A program made the position numbers and the translations under genes. Positions 58,706 to 64,000 of a stretch of DNA of 64,000 nt are shown here, piece by piece. The notes below the pieces were generated by a model. It saw nothing but the letters and a program-made list of their open reading frames with translations, was not told the origin of the DNA and searched no databases. Origin of the DNA: Longimicrobiales bacterium. GTDB taxonomy: Bacteria; Gemmatimonadota; Gemmatimonadetes; Longimicrobiales; Gaopeijiaceae. Each line of letters begins with the position of its first letter. Position 1 is the stretch's first letter. The stretch spans positions 1,408,001 through 1,472,000 of the forward strand of contig CBDFIQ010000002.1 of NCBI GenBank assembly GCA_965248195.1, in the 5' to 3' direction.

Positions 58706-60251
58706 TTTGGCCCCAGAGGCCTCGATAGAAGCGGAGCCCGACCTCGACACGCCATGTCTGGGGGGTCGAGCCACCGCTTCCCGATACCGCCTGCTGAACG
58801 AGGAAGCGGGCCTCCATCGGGCGGCCCTGCCCGCTTCGCACCCTAGAGAAGACCAGGCCACCGCCGATTCCGAGGAAGCGCTCCTCGGTCTCGGTCTCGA
58901 GAAGGCCGGGATCGGGTCCCGCCGCAGCGTCGACATAGCGGTAGCGATCTGCCTTCTTCGAGAAGTACCGCAGATCGAACGTGAGGGAGACCTCTTCCGT
59001 CAAGAACACCCGCGGGGATACACGAAGCTGCATGTAATCACCCGGGTTCCAACGGACCACCTGTTGGGCCGAGAGAGGGGCGAAAATCCGGTCGGGAGCC
59101 GTGATTCGCCTGAGGACGTCGACCGATTGCTGGATCCCGTACCGAAGATCGCCCAGGATAGCGAGGCGTTTTCCAGCGCTCAGCGTTGCGAACACGCTCA
59201 GCTCGATGTCGTTCTGGCCGTCTCCGCTCCCAGTGTCGATAAAGTTGAGCGGGGAGTCCGTCCGGCCCGTGCCAAGCCGGAAGAGCACACCCGCGCCGAT
59301 CTCGAGGCGGATGGTGGGCTCCGGCCCGTTTAGAGGAGTCTCTTGGCCGATCCCCCAGAGGCGGGCATAGGCATGGACCTCCACGTCGCCCATCTCCCAG
59401 GGGCTCCTCCACGTCTTGAGCGAATCGCCTGCCACGCCGAACGCGGGCGCCGTCACCAGGTCCAGGTACGTCGCTTCGGTCAGCACGTCGGTGGCCAACG
59501 GGATGGCGGAGGGAAAGGATGAAACGCCGACCGCCTGATAGGCGTTCACAAGGGTTGTCACACGGGCCTCGAGCGCACCTCCCGTATCGGAGCCCGTGAG
59601 CGGGAACACGCCCTTGCGGTACCCTCGCCTCAGGGCGTCGTGGAAACCTTCGCCATCAGCCAGAAGGTTCGTGGCTTGGGAGCACTCCGGACTCGACGGG
59701 TTCGATGTACATAACGTCGTGGCTATTGTCGAGAGAGCGGCGTTGGCTGCCGAAACGGCCCCGATGAAGTCGCCAGCCATTTCAGGCGTGAGGCCTATGT
59801 TGGCTCCGTCACTCTGGAAGGAGGTCGCGAACTCGGCGCGGCGTCGCGAGAACGGAACCGTTGCTCCAACGCTGAGCCAGTCGAAAACGCCCACGTCCAG
59901 ACCGATCGGGAGCCAGACCGCGTCCTTTGTCAGAACGGCCTGAGTCTGGCCGAGTACCAGCTGCGTGATGGCGGCGCCCGTGGCGGTTGTCAGGTCGGCC
60001 TCCAGATCTTCGAGAGTCGGGAACAGGCGTGAGCCTACCGCTGCGTCCGCGAAGTCGAACCCGAGCGCTTCGTCCTCCTCGATGAGTGAGCCGCCCTCCA
60101 CGCGCTGGCCAAAACGCTGATCCGCGAAATGGAAGAGTGAATTGATCTCGAGCCGGAGCTGGCCGGCCGCGACGAGTGGTCCCGAAAATTCCTGCCCTCC
60201 TAGGCCCAGAGGCGTGAGGATCGACGCGAGAACTACGAAGGTCACCTTCAT
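58701..60251 (-). CDS. Hypothetical exported protein, probable outer-membrane beta-barrel with helical insertion
   Basis: Signal-like MKVTFVVLASILTPLGLGGQ; alternating beta-strand pattern, GDVEV, terminal WRVEVGLRFY; paired Cys CTSNPSSPEC. Confidence 0.6.
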   Translation of the reverse strand: MKVTFVVLASILTPLGLGGQEFSGPLVAAGQLRLEINSLFHFADQRFGQRVEGGSLIEEDEALGFDFADAAVGSRLFPTLEDLEADLTTATGAAITQLVLGQTQAVLTKDAVWLPIGLDVGVFDWLSVGATVPFSRRRAEFATSFQSDGANIGLTPEMAGDFIGAVSAANAALSTIATTLCTSNPSSPECSQATNLLADGEGFHDALRRGYRKGVFPLTGSDTGGALEARVTTLVNAYQAVGVSSFPSAIPLATDVLTEATYLDLVTAPAFGVAGDSLKTWRSPWEMGDVEVHAYARLWGIGQETPLNGPEPTIRLEIGAGVLFRLGTGRTDSPLNFIDTGSGDGQNDIELSVFATLSAGKRLAILGDLRYGIQQSVDVLRRITAPDRIFAPLSAQQVVRWNPGDYMQLRVSPRVFLTEEVSLTFDLRYFSKKADRYRYVDAAAGPDPGLLETETEERFLGIGGGLVFSRVRSGQGRPMEARFLVQQAVSGSGGSTPQTWRVEVGLRFYRGLWGQS

Positions 60252-60350
60252 TCGACGCGCGATTCCCCTCGGCATTAGGTGCTTCTCCGCCCCAGGCCAG
60301 GACGGAGGTGGTGGCCGGGGAACATAATGGGGAAAAGAAGCCGTGGGAAC

Positions 60351-60378
60351 TTGACATTTCATGGGCCGTTTCTAGGTT
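60351..60378 (+). promoter_or_regulatory. Putative sigma-70 promoter for the tRNA pair
   Basis: TTGACA, 16-bp spacer, TAGGTT. Confidence 0.5.
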
Positions 60379-60453
60379 TCAGCGCACAATTGAAGAGTGT
60401 TTCGGAAACGTTTTGTGTAGGTTTGGGTAAGGATCCGAGACACCTTTTTTCCT

Positions 60454-60526
<73 letters not shown>

Positions 60527-60577
60527 TTGAGGGGGGGTGGGCCCGTCACTCAAGACGTGCAGCCCCTCTTTTTTTCA

Positions 60578-60649
60578 GGCGCCGTAGCCAAGCGGTAAGG
60601 CAGAGGCCTGCAAAGCCTTTATTCCCCGGTTCGAATCCGGGCGGCGCCT
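60578..60649 (+). tRNA. tRNA-Cys (GCA)
   Basis: ggcgccg acceptor stem, anticodon loop ctgcaaa, T-loop ggttcgaatcc, discriminator U. Confidence 0.97.
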
Positions 60650-60846
60650 CTTCTGGATGGAGTCCCTCATGTTGCCGCCGCCCGGATTTGAACCGTCGGT
60701 TCGAGCCGAGGCGGAAATGTGTTGTCCGCGGTGCGGCCCACAAGCTGACCGCCGAGCCGAGCGAGGATCGCCGAAGGCGACCGCAGCTCAATCCGGGCGG
60801 CGTGTCTTGGCCCGTCCTCACGACCCGCGCCCGATTGGAACTGCCT

Positions 60847-61048
60847 TCAAGCCGACGGCGGAAGAAGGCTCTCCGTAATCAGGTGCTCCCTGCTCATCTG
60901 CGTGTACGCCATCGTGGTCCGCAGGTCTGAGTGGCCCACAGCCTCCTCAACCAACACCGCGCTCTTACCCTCCCCCAACCATGTAGTGATGCGGCGGTGT
61001 CGGAGGTCGTGTTGAGTGTACCCTACTGGAAGCTCGGGTGCCTCGGGT
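60847..61048 (-). pseudogene. C-terminal fragment of a tyrosine recombinase/integrase
   Basis: Not in ORF track. Manual translation ELPVGYTQHDLRHRRITTWLGEGKSAVLVEEAVGHSDLRTTMAYTQMSREHL contains HxLRH, GHS and the catalytic Tyr; no start or N-terminus. Confidence 0.85.
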
Positions 61049-61074
61049 CCTCAGTTCGGGTCATGCGGCCGCGT

Positions 61075-61292
61075 GCCGCCTCCTTGCCGGCTCCCTCGAA
61101 TACCGCCAAAGTGACCGTATCCTGGTGAACGTCCATACCGATGAAGATCAATGACTCTGACTTGGACATTGGGCCGGCTCTCCTATTGGCTGCGACCTTC
61201 CGTGTCGCATGTGGCTCTGGTGTGTGAACCCAACCGGTCCGCACCAACCCATGGTACGCCGATTAAGCTGAGCCAGCCCTTTCATAACTTCT
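61075..61292 (-). mobile_element. IS110 family remnant: non-coding left end plus first about 32 codons of the transposase
   Basis: ATG at 61169 with GGAGAG RBS: MSKSESLIFIGMDVHQDTVTLAV (GxDVH, first Asp of the DEDD domain); about 120 bp structured upstream leader. Confidence 0.7.
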
Positions 61293-61322
61293 GAAGCCCC
61301 AATTCCCTGGCTTCGCGTCTTC

Positions 61323-63563
61323 GTGGAAGGCGTGGTGATCGTCGGGCGTCGGACGAGCGAGACCCTGCGCTTGACGCTGTTCCACACGACGGTGGCCGTA
61401 CTTGCGGTGCTTTGGGTTCAGCCGGCCTCTGCGCTGCAAGAGAGCCGGCAGCTCTACAGGGTGTCCGCAGTTCGCGTGGACGAGGCGCCTCTGCTAGACG
61501 GCGTGATGGATGACGCAGTCTGGCGGATGGCGCGGGTCATCGACGAGTTCGTCCAACAGGAGCCGGCCGAGGGTGCGCCCGCAACGGAGAGGACTGAAGT
61601 CTCTGTTCTCTACGATTCGGAAAATCTGTACCTGGGCATGCGCGCCTTCGACTCCCAACCGGACGCGATCATCGCGACCGAAATGCGCCGCGACTCGAAC
61701 CGGATTCTGGACGAGGACAACTTCCAGATCATCCTGGATACGTTCAACGACTCCAGGTCCGGATACATGTTCGTCACGAGCCCCCTCGGCGCCAAACTCG
61801 ACCAGCAGATCTCGAACGAGGGCGGCGACAGCGGGCGCGGGCCCGGCCGTGGGGGTGGCGACGTCAACCGCGATTGGGACGGCGTTTGGCATGTGTCGGT
61901 CAAGCGCACGGACGAGGGCTGGACGGCCGAAATTGCGATCCCGATGGTCACGGTGCGCTTTCCGGCGGCGGAGCGTCAGGAGTGGGGCATCAACTTCATG
62001 CGGAACATCCGCCGCAAGAACGAGCAGGTATTCTGGGCGCCGATTCCAAAAGCGTACGACCTGGCCCGTGTCAGCCTGGCCGGCAGCCTCACCGACCTAC
62101 GGTCGCTGAACCGTGGACTCGATTTACGGCTCAAACCGTTCGTCGCTGGGGGAGGGCTGCGCACGCTTGCCGAAGGGACTTCCAGGGAGGGGGACATCGG
62201 GCTGGACGTGAAGTACGGCGTGACGGCAGCGTTGAACCTCGATTTGACCATTAACACCGACTTTGCGCAGGCCGAGGTGGATGACGAGCGGGTGAACTTG
62301 ACGCGGTTTCCACTGTTCTTCCCGGAAAAGAGGGACTTCTTCCTGGAAAACGCGGGACAGTTCATCGTGGGGGCGACCGCGAGTAACCGTCAGTTGGCGG
62401 ATCTGTTCTTCTCGCGCCGCATCGGATTGTCGGATTCAGGCGACCACATCCCGATCCTCGGGGGAGCCCGGCTAACGGGAAAGATCGGCCAAAACAGCAT
62501 TTCGATGATGGACGTGCAGACGGACGAGGCGTTCGGCGAGCCGGGCGTGAACTTTTATGTGGCGCGGTACTCCCGGGACATCCTCACCCGGTCCCGGATC
62601 GGGGCGATCTTCATCAACAAAGCCGCGACGAGTGGTGGCCATTTCAACCGGACCTACGCGGCGGACATGTCGTTCGCGCCTCACCCCGCGATGACCGTGA
62701 GCGGGTTTTTGGCCCAAACGGAGAGCCCGGGTGTTTCAGGCGACCAATGGGCCGGATTTCTGAATGCGACCTGGAGAGACGACCGCTGGAGGGTGTACGG
62801 GGAGATTTCTGATCTCCAGGAGGATTTCAATCCTGAAGTGGGATTTGTAACAAGACCAGGCGTTCAGAGGCAGAAGATCCACTTCGAGCGGAACCCCCGT
62901 CCCGGCCGATTCGGGATTCGCATGTTGGAGCCCCAGATCAACTTCGCTTTTACCGAGGATCAGACTGGCCGGCTTCTCACACGACAGAATCACAACTTTT
63001 TCGGGGTGCGTTTCGAGAACGGTGCCCGCCTGAGCTTCTGGTACAACCGATGGTTCGAGAGGCTCGATGAGCCGGCCCAGCTGGGGAACGGCGCGGAGAT
63101 TCCGGCGGGCGAGTACAAGTTCGGTGATTTTCGGGCCTCGTACAACAGCAACCCGGCCCGCCGCGTCTACGGCGCGTTCACGTATGGGCCGCAGGGCTTC
63201 TTTGGTGGAACGCGGACAGACGTGAGCTTCACGCTGGGTACCCGCCTGACCGACCAACTTTCGGCCGAGGGACAGTATTCACGGAACGACATCGACCTTC
63301 CCATTCCTGACGGAGCGTTCGTCACGTCCGTGGCCCGCTTCCGCATCGACTATGCGATCTCACCCTCGATGTCACTGCGCACCCTGACCCAGTACAACTC
63401 GTTGACGGAGCAGTGGAGCACGGCGGCACGACTCCGCTACACCTATACGCCCGGAAGCGACCTCTACATTGTCTATGACGAGGTGCGGCGCGACGCGAGA
63501 GGGTTCACCGAGGTCCAAGATCGCCAACTGATCCTGAAGGCGACCTATCTGCTCTCGTGGTAA
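61323..63563 (+). CDS. CBM9-like plus DUF5916 domain outer-membrane protein
   Basis: PLLDGVMDDAVW, QQEPAEGAPATERTEV, DWDGVW, GWTAEIAIP, WGINF, NTDFAQAEVD, RFPLFFPEKRDFFLE, LFFSRRIG, terminal KATYL; start uncertain. Confidence 0.85.
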   Translation: MEGVVIVGRRTSETLRLTLFHTTVAVLAVLWVQPASALQESRQLYRVSAVRVDEAPLLDGVMDDAVWRMARVIDEFVQQEPAEGAPATERTEVSVLYDSENLYLGMRAFDSQPDAIIATEMRRDSNRILDEDNFQIILDTFNDSRSGYMFVTSPLGAKLDQQISNEGGDSGRGPGRGGGDVNRDWDGVWHVSVKRTDEGWTAEIAIPMVTVRFPAAERQEWGINFMRNIRRKNEQVFWAPIPKAYDLARVSLAGSLTDLRSLNRGLDLRLKPFVAGGGLRTLAEGTSREGDIGLDVKYGVTAALNLDLTINTDFAQAEVDDERVNLTRFPLFFPEKRDFFLENAGQFIVGATASNRQLADLFFSRRIGLSDSGDHIPILGGARLTGKIGQNSISMMDVQTDEAFGEPGVNFYVARYSRDILTRSRIGAIFINKAATSGGHFNRTYAADMSFAPHPAMTVSGFLAQTESPGVSGDQWAGFLNATWRDDRWRVYGEISDLQEDFNPEVGFVTRPGVQRQKIHFERNPRPGRFGIRMLEPQINFAFTEDQTGRLLTRQNHNFFGVRFENGARLSFWYNRWFERLDEPAQLGNGAEIPAGEYKFGDFRASYNSNPARRVYGAFTYGPQGFFGGTRTDVSFTLGTRLTDQLSAEGQYSRNDIDLPIPDGAFVTSVARFRIDYAISPSMSLRTLTQYNSLTEQWSTAARLRYTYTPGSDLYIVYDEVRRDARGFTEVQDRQLILKATYLLSW

Positions 63564-63721
63564 CGCGAGCTCCCCCTTCACTCACCCCGAGACTTTATTT
63601 TTAGGCACGCCTAATCTGGACTTCCTGCTCCATGATCAGGGGGTCAGTGGCTTGGGCATTGGGTTTCCGACCCAACTGTGTCATTAGATGGGGGGCGCAC
63701 CGTTTTGAAAGAGGTAATCAA

Positions 63722-64000
63722 ATGAATGACCAAATTACGGCACAGGAGTGGTTCTCAACGGGTGCTAGGGTGACTTACGACCCCGTCACGAAGAAGGTGC
63801 GGGAGCGCGCCCAAAAAGCGGATATCGCAAGTGAAATTCATGTGTGGAAGCGGGTTGAGCGTGATGCTGCCCGCAATGATCAAGAATCGTGGACGACGTT
63901 CTTGCCGGGGTTCCCAGACGGCTCATTTGGCTGGGCGAAGGTGAACCAGCAACTAAGTGGGACCGGAATGCTGCCCAAAATCTACGTTGAATATGTCGGG
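63722..64000 (+). CDS. Alpha/beta hydrolase (partial, runs off window end)
   Basis: GAGG RBS, ATG 63722: MNDQITAQEWFSTG...WTTFLPGFPDGSFGWAKV...YVEYVG; LPGFP resembles the LHGFP oxyanion motif. Confidence 0.65.
   Translation, partial: MNDQITAQEWFSTGARVTYDPVTKKVRERAQKADIASEIHVWKRVERDAARNDQESWTTFLPGFPDGSFGWAKVNQQLSGTGMLPKIYVEYVG

Overview
GC-rich bacterial chromosome segment, mostly housekeeping genes; gene content and order suggest Gemmatimonadota (inference, not verified). Core genes: murB, secD-secF-tatD-mutL-miaA-bshA-uppP-birA-coaX, CIRCE-groES-groEL, thrS-infC-rpmI-rplT-pheS-pheT-zapB-like-zapA-rny-folD-xseA-xseB-ispA-dxs-nadK-recN, tRNA-Gly and tRNA-Cys. Accessory parts: (1) a TolC, adaptor and two ABC ATPases with no permease, carrying duplicated enhancer/sigma-54-like promoter architecture next to an NtrC-family two-component pair; (2) a REC-diguanylate cyclase coupled to an orphan GspE/PilB ATPase fused to a C-terminal REC domain; (3) three tandem, divergent membrane-bound spermidine-synthase-like SAM proteins, one split by IS256 and one apparently frameshifted; (4) a membrane-anchored M16 peptidase with a 45-bp repeat tail; (5) a 406-bp MITE-like element, an IS5 element and a decayed island edge at tRNA-Cys (tyrosine integrase and IS110 remnants); (6) a candidate L20-type leader upstream of an ATT-start infC; (7) recurrent short tandem duplications, several spanning stop codons. 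No CRISPR array or rRNA was seen. All calls come from reading the sequence; no searches were run.
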